Shown: positions 56,559 to 64,000 of the stretch, piece by piece | Position numbering within the stretch: position 1 is the first letter of the stretch | Layout: each line of letters starts with the position of its first letter | Assembly: GCA_017304945.1 (NCBI GenBank) | Contig: JAFKLG010000069.1 | Location: 61,936 to 125,935, forward strand | Reading direction: 5' to 3' | Length of the DNA: 64,000 bases | DNA from: Rhodospirillales bacterium | GTDB lineage: Bacteria; Pseudomonadota; Alphaproteobacteria; Acetobacterales; Acetobacteraceae | Program-made: the position numbers and the translations under genes | Notes under the pieces: model-generated | Told to the model about the DNA's origin: nothing | What the model saw: only the letters and a program-made list of their open reading frames with translations | Databases searched by the model: none

Positions 56559-56772
56559 GATCCGCCTCCCCCCGGAGCGCCTTCTGCCGCAGCTCCGCCT
56601 TGTCGAAGTGGCGGCGGATCAGGCCGAAGTCGAACACGACCGCGAACCCGAGAAGGGACAGGCCGAACACGTAGATTTCGTTGTCGGTCGCGCCGGCTGC
56701 CATGATCAGGCCGATCAGCCCGAACACGGCCATCATGATTCCGACAATGAGGTCGCTTGCCTCGATGTCCAT
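56551..56772 (-). CDS. Hypothetical 73-aa two-helix membrane protein, translationally coupled to ccoN
   Basis: ATG at 56772 with GGAG 6 nt upstream. Sequence [73 protein letters not shown]. Third codon positions are G/C-rich like the neighbouring genes. The stop overlaps the ccoN ATG (ATGTCTGA, 8 nt). Confidence 0.55.
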   Translation of the reverse strand: MDIEASDLIVGIMMAVFGLIGLIMAAGATDNEIYVFGLSLLGFAVVFDFGLIRRHFDKAELRQKALRGEADHV

Positions 56773-56863
56773 CTGCAACTCCGGTGAAGGTGCACGCTAA
56801 GGGCACGGCGGCCGGGACTCGGCGCGCTTCACCGCAAATTGGAGAGGCGGGATTACCCCAGCA

Positions 56864-56877
56864 TTGACGCAGATCAA
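56864..56877. promoter_or_regulatory. FNR/FixK-type box TTGACGCAGATCAA (one mismatch to TTGAT-N4-ATCAA) in the divergent spacer upstream of the cco operon
   Basis: Read directly from the sequence. Its centre lies about 98 bp from the small-ORF ATG (minus strand) and about 41 bp from the GTG at 56912 (plus strand). Confidence 0.6.
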
Positions 56878-56935
56878 TGCTGGCGACAGGTCCCGTCCAC
56901 ATGGTTGCAGCGTGGACACGGGACTCGCCGCGTTG

Positions 56936-57676
56936 ATGGCTTGGTGCGGGTCCGTCCCCATCGGGGGCGGGCTGCTGGCCGGTCTTGCCCTGGCGGGGCT
57001 CGCCGGAGCGCCGATGCATTGCGCACCGATGTGTGGCGGCTTCGTCCTGGGCCAGGTCGCCGACCGCATGGCCGCGCTGCCGGCCGCGCGGCTATGCGAA
57101 TGGCGACGCCTGCGCGCTGGCCTGCTGCTGCCGTACCATCTCGGACGCCTCACCACCTACGCCGCGCTGGGCGCGCTCGCCGGCGCGGGCGGCGGGGCGC
57201 TGCTGCGGCTGCCCTGGTTCGGCCGGCTGTCGGCGTTGCTGCTGCTGCTGGGCGCGGCGCTGTTCCTGGTGCATGCGCTGCGCCGCCTCGCCCCCCGCCT
57301 CGGGCGCGCCCTGCCCGCCCTCGACCACGTGCCTTCCGGCTGGAACCGGCTGCTCGCACGCACGAGCCGCCGCATCGACCGCACCCGCCCCCACGGCTTC
57401 TACCTCCTCGGCGTGCTGCTCGGTTTTCTCCCCTGCGGCGTGCTGTATGCGGCGCTGATCGCCGCCGCCGGAGCCGGATCGGCCGCGCTGGGTGCCGCCG
57501 GGATGCTCGCCTTCGGCCTCGGCACCGCGCCCACGCTGATGCTGATCGGGATCGCCGGGCAGGCCGCGGGCGCGCGCTGGCAGGCGGGCGTCGCGCGCTG
57601 CGCACCGGCCGTGATGCTGCTCAACGCGGTGCTGCTGGCACTGCTCGCGATGCGCGGGCTGGGCACCGCGGCATGA
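56936..57676 (+). CDS. DsbD_2 / TauE-SafE-like membrane protein with an HCxxMCG motif
   Basis: Six or more hydrophobic helices and GAPMHCAPMCGGFVLG near the N-terminus. The start is uncertain (GTG at 56912 or ATG at 56936). The listed TTG at 56864 falls inside the FixK box and is unlikely to be the start. Confidence 0.7.
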   Translation: MAWCGSVPIGGGLLAGLALAGLAGAPMHCAPMCGGFVLGQVADRMAALPAARLCEWRRLRAGLLLPYHLGRLTTYAALGALAGAGGGALLRLPWFGRLSALLLLLGAALFLVHALRRLAPRLGRALPALDHVPSGWNRLLARTSRRIDRTRPHGFYLLGVLLGFLPCGVLYAALIAAAGAGSAALGAAGMLAFGLGTAPTLMLIGIAGQAAGARWQAGVARCAPAVMLLNAVLLALLAMRGLGTAA

Positions 57677-57738
57677 GCGGGCGGCATGTGATGCGGATCC
57701 CGGCCCCGCGATGCGGCCGGTGAACAGAGGATCGTGGC

Positions 57739-57939
57739 ATGACACGCAATGTCGGTTCGGTCGATCGGGTGCTGCGGGTGATCGTGGGCCTGGTGCTGAT
57801 CGCCCTCGTCTTCGTCGGGCCGGAGACCCCATGGGGCTGGATCGGCCTCATCCCGCTGGGCTCCGCCCTGATCGGCTTCTGCCCGCTCTATTCCCTCCTG
57901 GGCGTCAACACCTGCCGGCGCACGCAGCCGGAGGGCTGA
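57739..57939 (+). CDS. DUF2892 (YgaP C-terminal-like) small membrane protein
   Basis: 66 aa: NVGSVDRVLRVIVGLVLIALVF...IGLIPLGSALIGFCPLYSLLGVNTC, the typical two-helix DUF2892 pattern. Confidence 0.75.
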   Translation: MTRNVGSVDRVLRVIVGLVLIALVFVGPETPWGWIGLIPLGSALIGFCPLYSLLGVNTCRRTQPEG

Positions 57940-58002
57940 GCCAGGGCCGCGACCCGAACGCGTCCCCCGATCCGGCCCGCCGAGCGGGCGCGCCGCCGCG
58001 GG

Positions 58003-59589
58003 TCATGCGGCATGGTCTGCGGCCGGCGGTGCCCCGCGCAGCTCCGCCCGCAGCGCGTCGGTGACCGCGGCGAGCACGGCATCCCAGGCGGCAGGCGCCG
58101 GCTGGCGGATCAGGCGCAGCGTCGGATACCACGGGCAGGTCCCGTCCTCGCCCCGCCAGCGCCAATCCGGCACGTGCGGCAGCAGCACCCAGCCGCGCAG
58201 GCCGAGGCCGCCGGCGAGATGCGCGACCGAGGTGTCGATCGTGACCACGCGGTCCATCCGTTCGGCCAGTGCCGCGGTGTCGGCGAAGTCGGCGAGCGCT
58301 GCGTCGTGCAGCGTGACGCCATGCGCGCGCAGCCAGGCCGCGTCCGCCTCCGCGATGTCCTTCTGCAAGGCGTGAAAGGCGCAGCCCTCGAGCGCCAGCA
58401 GCGGGGTGAGCGCGGTCACCGGCAAGGTGCGTTCGGGAATGTGCTGCAGTCCGCGCCAGGCGAGCCCGATGCGCCATCCGCGCCGGCGGCCGATCCGCGC
58501 GCGCCAGGCGGCGCGGCGATCCGGCGGGACGTGCAGATAGGGGACGCCGCCCGGCACGGTCTGCGGCGTGGTGCGGAACGCGAGCGGGAGGCTGAGCAGC
58601 GGGGTCGCCACGTCGCAGGCCGGCGCCGCGGCCTCGGTGGAAATCACTTGCACCCCGCTCATCCCCTGCAACACTGGCACCAGGTCGGGATAGACCTGCA
58701 ACGTCACCCGCGCGGCGCGGGCGGCCACCAGCGGGGCATAGCGGGCGAATTGCAGCACGTCGCCCCGCCCCTGCTCGGCCAGGATCAGCACGTGCCGGCC
58801 GGCAACGCGGGCGAGGTCCAGCACCTCGGTCGGGCGCTCCGGCGGGTCATGCGCCGGCACGCGCCAGCGTGACTCGTAGAGCGGCCACGCCTCCTCCCAG
58901 CGTCCGAGCGCGAGGAGGGCGAGCGATTCGTTCCAGCAGGCGGAGGCGCGGTCCGGCACCAGGCGGCGTTCTGCGCGGCAGAGCGCCACGGTCTCCTCGA
59001 AGCGGCCGCGCGCGGCGTAGGCGGACACCAGGGCGCCGGCCACGTCGTCCCGCTTCGGCTCGTCCGCCGGCAGCGCGTCGAGGACGGCGCGGAGTTCGGC
59101 GATCGCCGCCTCGGCGCGGCCGTTCGCCGCCAGCAGCCGGCCCAGATTGTAGCGCGCCGGCGCATACCCGGGGGCCCGCGCGAGGGCTCGGCGATAGACG
59201 CCCTCGGCTTCGGCAGCGGCGCCGGCGGCGCCCAGTGCGGTGCCGAGGTCGTTCAGCCGGTCCGGCGAGTCGGGGTCGGCGGCCAGGGCGATGCGGTAGG
59301 CGGCAACGGCATGCTCCGGTGCATCGAGCCCCATCCAGGCGCGGCCGAGATTGCCGGCGATCTGCGGGTCCGCCGGCCGCAGCGCGGCGGCTCGGCGCAG
59401 CAGCGACGCGGCATCGGCGAAGTCGCCGCGACGGCAGGCGATCACCCCCAGCAGGTGCAGCGCGTCGTCATGCGCCGGCGCGCGTTCCAGGATGGCGCGG
59501 CACCGCGCCGCCGCCGCGTCCTCCTGCCCGGCCTGGAACAGCCGCCCCGCCTCGGCCAGCAGGGCGTCCGGGCCGGCGGAGGTGGCCAT
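58003..59589 (-). CDS. TPR-repeat protein fused to a GT-B (heptosyltransferase/GT9-like) glycosyltransferase domain
   Basis: The N-terminal half has multiple 34-aa TPR units (e.g. AAYRIALAADPDSPDRLNDLGTAL). The C-terminal half has VLILAEQGRGDVLQFARY and VVTIDTSVAHLAGGLG, typical of GT9-like folds. Confidence 0.7.
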   Translation of the reverse strand: MATSAGPDALLAEAGRLFQAGQEDAAAARCRAILERAPAHDDALHLLGVIACRRGDFADAASLLRRAAALRPADPQIAGNLGRAWMGLDAPEHAVAAYRIALAADPDSPDRLNDLGTALGAAGAAAEAEGVYRRALARAPGYAPARYNLGRLLAANGRAEAAIAELRAVLDALPADEPKRDDVAGALVSAYAARGRFEETVALCRAERRLVPDRASACWNESLALLALGRWEEAWPLYESRWRVPAHDPPERPTEVLDLARVAGRHVLILAEQGRGDVLQFARYAPLVAARAARVTLQVYPDLVPVLQGMSGVQVISTEAAAPACDVATPLLSLPLAFRTTPQTVPGGVPYLHVPPDRRAAWRARIGRRRGWRIGLAWRGLQHIPERTLPVTALTPLLALEGCAFHALQKDIAEADAAWLRAHGVTLHDAALADFADTAALAERMDRVVTIDTSVAHLAGGLGLRGWVLLPHVPDWRWRGEDGTCPWYPTLRLIRQPAPAAWDAVLAAVTDALRAELRGAPPAADHAA

Positions 59590-59598
59590 CGCCCCCGC

Positions 59599-61371
59599 TC
59601 AGCTCCGCTTCTTGGTCGCCGGTCCGCGCGTTGACGCCGGATGCTTCGCCGCGGGCGCGCGCTTCGCCTTGGCGGCGGGCTTGGGCGGCGTCTTGCCCGC
59701 CCGCAGGTCCGCGATGGTCGCGCGCGTCGTGATCTGCTCCGGGTTCATCCGCAGCTCCAGCACCGCCGGCTTGCCGCTGTCGACCGCGCGGCGAAAGGCG
59801 GGGCCGAACTCGGCGGTTTCCGTCACCACCTCGCCGTGGCCGCCGAACGCCTCGATGTAGCGGGCGAAATCGGGGTTGGTGAGGGCGGTGCCGGAAACGC
59901 GCCAGGGATAGGCGCGCTCCTGATGCATGCGGATCGTGCCGTACATCTGGTTGTTGAACACCAGCACGATCGGCGCGACGCCGTGATGGAAGGCGGTGGC
60001 GATCTCCTGCCCGGTCATCATGAAGCCGCCATCACCGACCATGGAGACGACCATGCGGTCGGGATAGGTGATCTTGGCGCCGATCGCGGCCGGCACCGAA
60101 TAGCCCATCGCGCCGTTGGTCGGGCCGATATAGCGCTGGCCGTCGCCGAAATTCAGGAAGCGCGTGGCCCAGCCGGCGAAGTTGCCGGCATCGGTGGTGA
60201 CGATCGCGTCGGGCGCCAGCAGCGTCTCGAGTTCCCGCATGCAGGTGCCGAGGTTCAGCGGGCCGTCATAGTTGGGCACCGCGCGCTGTGCCTCGCGGAG
60301 CGAGCGGAGTTCCCGCGTCCAGCGCGACCAGCCGGGCTGCAACGGCTCGAGCGCGGCGGCGGCGGTGGCGAAGGCGTTGAGGTCGGAAACGATGCCGAGG
60401 GCGGGGCGGAACACGCGACCGATCTCGGCGCCGTCGGCCAGGACCTGCACGATCGGCACGCGGCCGGCCATGTCGAGCAGCGTGTAGCCCTGCGTCACGG
60501 CGTCGCCCAGCCGGGAGCCGATCGCCAGGATCAGGTCGGCGTCCTTCACCTTGCCGATCAGCCCGGGATCGGAGCCGACGCCGAGATCGCCGGCGAAATT
60601 GTCGAGCGTGCCGTCGTAATGCGCCTGGCGGCGGAAGCCGACGGTGACGGGCACGTCGTTGGCGGTCAGGAAGGCGTGCAGCGCGGCGCGGCCCTCGGCG
60701 CTCCAGCAGGAACCGCCGACCACCGCGACCGGCTTCTTCGCCTTCGCCAGCAATGCGCGCATGTGCTGCAGCGCCGCCGGATCCGGGAAGGCGACGGAGC
60801 GCGGCACGCGCGGCAGGTCGGGCACCTCGGCGGTGGCCTTCTGCATCTCTTCGGAAAGGGCGATCACCACCGGACCGGGCCGCCCGGAGGTGGCGACGTC
60901 GACGGCGTGCGCGACGACCTCGGGAATGCGATGGGCATGGTCGATCTGCGTTACCCATTTGGCGAGCGGCGCGAACATCTGGCGGTAGTCGACTTCCTGG
61001 AACGCGTCGCGGCCGGTGTCCTCGTGCGGGATCTGGCCGACGAACAGCAGCATGGGCGTGCTGTCCTGGAAGGCGACGTGCACGCCGATCGCGCCGTGGC
61101 AGGCGCCGGGGCCGCGGGTGACGAAGGCGGCGGCGGGACGACCGGTGAGCTTGCCATAGGCTTCGGCCATGTTCACCGCGCCCGCCTCGAACCGGCAGGT
61201 GACCAGCTTCAGCTTCTTGCTCGCGGCATACAGCCCATCGAGCGTGTCGAGGAAGCTCTCCCCCGGCACTTCGAAGACGTGGTCGATGCCTTGCGCGACC
61301 AGCGCATCCGCGAGGATGTGCCCGCCCAGCCGCGGCGTGATCCGCGACCGGCGCGCCTGTGCCAGTTCCAT
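59599..61371 (-). CDS. Thiamine-diphosphate-dependent enzyme (acetolactate synthase-like, COG0028) with a basic Ala/Lys/Pro C-terminal tail
   Basis: GGHILADALVAQGIDHVFEVPGESF at the N-terminus. ThDP motif MVGDGGFMMTGQEIATAFHHGVAPIVLVFNNQMYG. Tail is KTPPKPAAKAKRAPAAKHPASTRGPATKKRS. Confidence 0.8.
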   Translation of the reverse strand: MELAQARRSRITPRLGGHILADALVAQGIDHVFEVPGESFLDTLDGLYAASKKLKLVTCRFEAGAVNMAEAYGKLTGRPAAAFVTRGPGACHGAIGVHVAFQDSTPMLLFVGQIPHEDTGRDAFQEVDYRQMFAPLAKWVTQIDHAHRIPEVVAHAVDVATSGRPGPVVIALSEEMQKATAEVPDLPRVPRSVAFPDPAALQHMRALLAKAKKPVAVVGGSCWSAEGRAALHAFLTANDVPVTVGFRRQAHYDGTLDNFAGDLGVGSDPGLIGKVKDADLILAIGSRLGDAVTQGYTLLDMAGRVPIVQVLADGAEIGRVFRPALGIVSDLNAFATAAAALEPLQPGWSRWTRELRSLREAQRAVPNYDGPLNLGTCMRELETLLAPDAIVTTDAGNFAGWATRFLNFGDGQRYIGPTNGAMGYSVPAAIGAKITYPDRMVVSMVGDGGFMMTGQEIATAFHHGVAPIVLVFNNQMYGTIRMHQERAYPWRVSGTALTNPDFARYIEAFGGHGEVVTETAEFGPAFRRAVDSGKPAVLELRMNPEQITTRATIADLRAGKTPPKPAAKAKRAPAAKHPASTRGPATKKRS

Positions 61372-61596
61372 GCCGTTTGTCCCCCTTGACCGAACGACGA
61401 GGATACAGGCGTCGCCGTGATCTCGTCACCTGGGCGTCGATGCGCCGATCGGCCCGCGTGCGAGGGTGCTTGCAGCCTCGTGATCGGCGCTCACGCGCCG
61501 GTGTCGTTGCCGCCACAAATCAACCATGGTTCGTGCCGATTCCCGCCCCGACCGGCACCAACATTCGACCTCGGAACCGAAAGACGGGGAGTCCGG

Positions 61597-61863
61597 ATGT
61601 TGCAGAACCCTGGCTGGCAGAAGATCGACCACGTGGTGCGGGCGCAATTCGCGCTGTTCGACGAAGCGGCGAGCGGTCGCGGGCTGAGCGTCGCCGAACG
61701 GCGGGCGCGTGTGGGCCTGGACGTGGACGGATGGATGGGCTGGACGGAGTTCGCGAAGGGTGGCGCGCTGCCGGCGGCCCCGTCGATCCCGGAGATGCTG
61801 ATCCGGCTGGCCGCCGCCGCCTATGAGCTGGCGGCGGACGAAGGGGCGCAGTTGGCCGCCTGA
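61597..61863 (+). CDS. Hypothetical 88-aa protein
   Basis: ATG at 61597 with GGGGAG 6-7 nt upstream. G/C-rich third codon positions. No family recognised. Confidence 0.5.
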   Translation: MLQNPGWQKIDHVVRAQFALFDEAASGRGLSVAERRARVGLDVDGWMGWTEFAKGGALPAAPSIPEMLIRLAAAAYELAADEGAQLAA

Positions 61864-61935
61864 CGCGACCGGCGTCGCGCGCGGGACGGCCGGCCCCTCA
61901 GCGGGGACGCGCCCGCGCGCATGCGGGCGATGTGG

Positions 61936-62574
61936 TCAGTCGGAAGCCGCCTCGGCGGACGGCGCGAGGCATCCCGCGAGCACGCTGCGGGTGAGTCGCT
62001 CGACCTTCTCGTCGTCGAGCGATTCGTTCAGCAGCATCCACACATAGAGCGGCGCGTAGAGGCCGGCGAGCACGAGGTCGAGCTCGAGATCCGCCCGCAA
62101 CTCGCCGCTCGCGATGCCGCGCTGCAGAATCGCGCTGCCCTCGGCGCGCCGGGGCGTGACGAAGCCGTCCATGAACGCCGCGACCGTCTCCGGGTCGCTC
62201 TGACCCTCGGCGATGATGCCCCGGATGATGCGGCCGACGGTGCCGCGCAGCAGGCGTGCAAAGCGCTTCACTTGCTCGCGCAGGTCGCGCGCCGCCGATC
62301 CGCTGGGCGGCACCGCGATCTCGGGCGCCACCGCCGCGAGGAACCCCTCCATCGCGAGCGCGCCCTTGCTGGGCCACCACCGGTAGATGGTCGAACGCGC
62401 GACGCCGGAGCGCGCCGCCACCCGCTCGATCGTGAAACGGCCGATCCCGTCTTCCGCCAGCAACGCAAAGGCGGCGTCGAGCACCGCCTTGTGGGTGACG
62501 TCGCAACGCGGCCGTCCCGGCGTGCGATGGGCCGTGACCGGACGCGGACGGACGGCGGACGCTACGGCTGACAC
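61936..62574 (-). CDS. TetR/AcrR family transcriptional regulator, divergent from an emrA-like gene
   Basis: HTH ERVAARSGVARSTIYRWWPSKGAL. GTG at 62574 preceded by AGGAGG, 5 nt upstream. Confidence 0.8.
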   Translation of the reverse strand: MSAVASAVRPRPVTAHRTPGRPRCDVTHKAVLDAAFALLAEDGIGRFTIERVAARSGVARSTIYRWWPSKGALAMEGFLAAVAPEIAVPPSGSAARDLREQVKRFARLLRGTVGRIIRGIIAEGQSDPETVAAFMDGFVTPRRAEGSAILQRGIASGELRADLELDLVLAGLYAPLYVWMLLNESLDDEKVERLTRSVLAGCLAPSAEAASD

Positions 62575-62646
62575 ACGAACCTCCTGTTCCTGGCCTTCCG
62601 AAGATGGGGACGCGCTCGTCACCTGGCCGGAGCGTACGGCGAATTT

Positions 62647-62733
62647 CGCTACACTATGTCGCATATCTGCCCTGCGCACCAGCGCGGGTGTTTGCCCCTC
62701 CCTGCCGCGCGGCATAACGCTACATTGTGTCGC
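62647..62733. promoter_or_regulatory. Two copies of a 16-bp motif CGCTACA(C/T)T(A/G)TGTCGC, 71 bp apart, in the divergent TetR/emrA-like spacer
   Basis: Copies at 62647-62662 and 62718-62733 read directly from the sequence (14 of 16 identical). Each has an ACA-N3-TGT palindromic core. Confidence 0.45.
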
Positions 62734-62769
62734 GGAAATGCGCCGGAATGGCGCGAAGAGGTGGAGCCC

Positions 62770-63984
62770 ATGGACCAGATCGTATCGCGCCCCGCGCCGC
62801 TCGAGCGGGCTTCACCCCGTGACGTGTCGCGGGCCGACGTGTCGCGCGGCGACGCGCCGCGTGAGGAGACCGCGCGTGCCGACCGGCCGACCGACGATCC
62901 CCGGCTCGCCGCCCCCGCGCGCCCGCGCCGCTTCAGCGCCAAGCGCCTGGTGATCGGTGCGGCGGTCGTGCTGGGTGTCGCGGCCGCGGCGCATTTCGGC
63001 CTCGACTACTGGCAGAACGGGCGCTTCCTGGTGGCGACCGACGACGCCTATGTGCAGGCCGACAATACGCTGATCGCGCCGCGCGTCTCGGGCTATATCA
63101 GCGAGGTGCTGGTCAGCGACAACCAGCAGGTGAAGGCCGGCCAGGTGCTGGCCCGCATCGACGACCGCGACTTCCAGACCGCGCTGCGCCAGGCGAGCGC
63201 CGACCGCGCCACGGCGGAGAGCGACATCGGCTCGATCGACGCGCAGATCACCCGACAGGCGTCGCTGATCGAGGAGGCCAATGCCCAGGTCGCCGCGGCC
63301 GAGGCGGCGCTGCGCTTCGCCCAGCAGGACCAGGCACGCTACGACACGCTCGCCCGCACCGGCGCCGGATCGGTGCAGCAGCAGCAGCAGACCGTGTCGC
63401 TGCTGCTGCAGCGGCAGGCCGGTCTCGCCCAGGCCCGAGCCGCCGCGGCCGGCGCGCAGCAGCAGCTCGCGGTGCTGCAGGCGGCGCGGGTGAAGGCGGT
63501 GGCGCAGCTCGCGCACTACCAGGCCGCCGAGGCGCAGGCGAAGCTGAACCTGGGCTACACGACGATCACCGCGCCGGTGGACGGCATGGTCGGCGCCCGC
63601 ACGCTGCGCGTCGGCCAGTATGTCCAAGCGGGCACCCAGCTCATGGCGGTGGTGCCGCTGAATGCGGTCTACGTGGTGGCCAACTACAAGGAGACGCAGC
63701 TCACCGCAGTGCGGCCCGGCCAGCCGGTGGAGATCAGCGTCGACACCTTCCCCGATGCCGAGATCCGTGGCCATGTCGACAGCATCGCGCCGGCGACCGG
63801 CCTGCAATTCGCGCTGCTGCCGCCCGACAACGCCACCGGGAACTTCACCAAGATCGTGCAGCGGCTGCCGGTGAAGATCGTGCTCGACCACACGCCCGGC
63901 CTGGATGCCGCCCGGCTGCTGCGGCCCGGCATGTCGGTGGAGCCGGTGATCGACACCCGCGGCAGCACCCACCCGGCCCCCTGA
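62770..63984 (+). CDS. HlyD-family membrane fusion protein (EmrA-like), first gene of a second MFS-type pump that continues beyond the window
   Basis: ATG at 62770. Has a TM anchor, VATDDAYVQADNTLIAPRVSGYISEV, a coiled-coil region and GYTTITAPVDGMVGARTLRVGQYV. Confidence 0.85.
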   Translation: MDQIVSRPAPLERASPRDVSRADVSRGDAPREETARADRPTDDPRLAAPARPRRFSAKRLVIGAAVVLGVAAAAHFGLDYWQNGRFLVATDDAYVQADNTLIAPRVSGYISEVLVSDNQQVKAGQVLARIDDRDFQTALRQASADRATAESDIGSIDAQITRQASLIEEANAQVAAAEAALRFAQQDQARYDTLARTGAGSVQQQQQTVSLLLQRQAGLAQARAAAAGAQQQLAVLQAARVKAVAQLAHYQAAEAQAKLNLGYTTITAPVDGMVGARTLRVGQYVQAGTQLMAVVPLNAVYVVANYKETQLTAVRPGQPVEISVDTFPDAEIRGHVDSIAPATGLQFALLPPDNATGNFTKIVQRLPVKIVLDHTPGLDAARLLRPGMSVEPVIDTRGSTHPAP

Positions 63985-64000
63985 GGCGCAACGGACACGC

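Noticed and set aside
56864-56935. TTG start at 56864 for the DsbD_2-like gene, as given in the ORF track
   Set aside because: The TTG is the first triplet of the FixK-type box itself. The encoded N-terminal 24 residues are hydrophilic and not family-like. A GTG at 56912 or ATG at 56936 is more plausible.

Overview
Very GC-rich chromosomal segment; almost every third codon position is G or C, so long spurious antisense ORFs are everywhere. Gene content looks alphaproteobacterial (Acetobacteraceae/Rhodospirillales-like), which is an inference from content only. I support about 57 protein genes. From left to right: etfA (3' end)-hbd, a basic-repeat stress-type protein, a dGTPase-like gene, erpA, comEC, gltX, a His-rich CDF metal exporter, a DedA / ATP-grasp / uppP block, a DHA2 MFS pump, a CoA-transferase / NTF2-like / ThDP-enzyme group, an OMF-mdtA-mdtB-mdtC RND efflux operon, a liv-type ABC importer with two tandem binding proteins, a glycan cluster (gtrA, phosphoglycosyl transferase, two GT2, TagA-like, beta-barrel OMP), an emrA-emrB-OMF pump with a divergent TetR, an M20 peptidase, a CBS/BON protein, glpD, a complete contiguous cbb3 oxidase locus (ccoNOQP-ccoGHIS), a DsbD_2/TauE-like protein and a DUF2892 protein, a TPR-glycosyltransferase, a second ThDP enzyme, and a second TetR with a divergent emrA-like gene. 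I saw no rRNA or tRNA genes, CRISPR arrays, transposases, integrases or phage genes. The candidates most worth follow-up are non-canonical. (1) A perfect FNR/FixK box (TTGAT-N4-ATCAA) sits about 100 bp upstream of a textbook intrinsic terminator in the gltX-czcD spacer. This would define a roughly 90-nt oxygen-responsive sRNA carrying CU-rich anti-Shine-Dalgarno motifs. (2) A 73-aa two-helix membrane ORF is translationally coupled to ccoN and lies downstream of the locus's only FixK-type box. (3) An 872-bp non-coding island carries an 11-bp G-quadruplex-type tandem repeat, a 53/54-nt inverted repeat enclosing 318 bp, and three phased 22-bp direct repeats. (4) A translationally coupled DedA/ATP-grasp pair lies next to uppP. 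All functional names come from motif recognition by eye; no database search was run.
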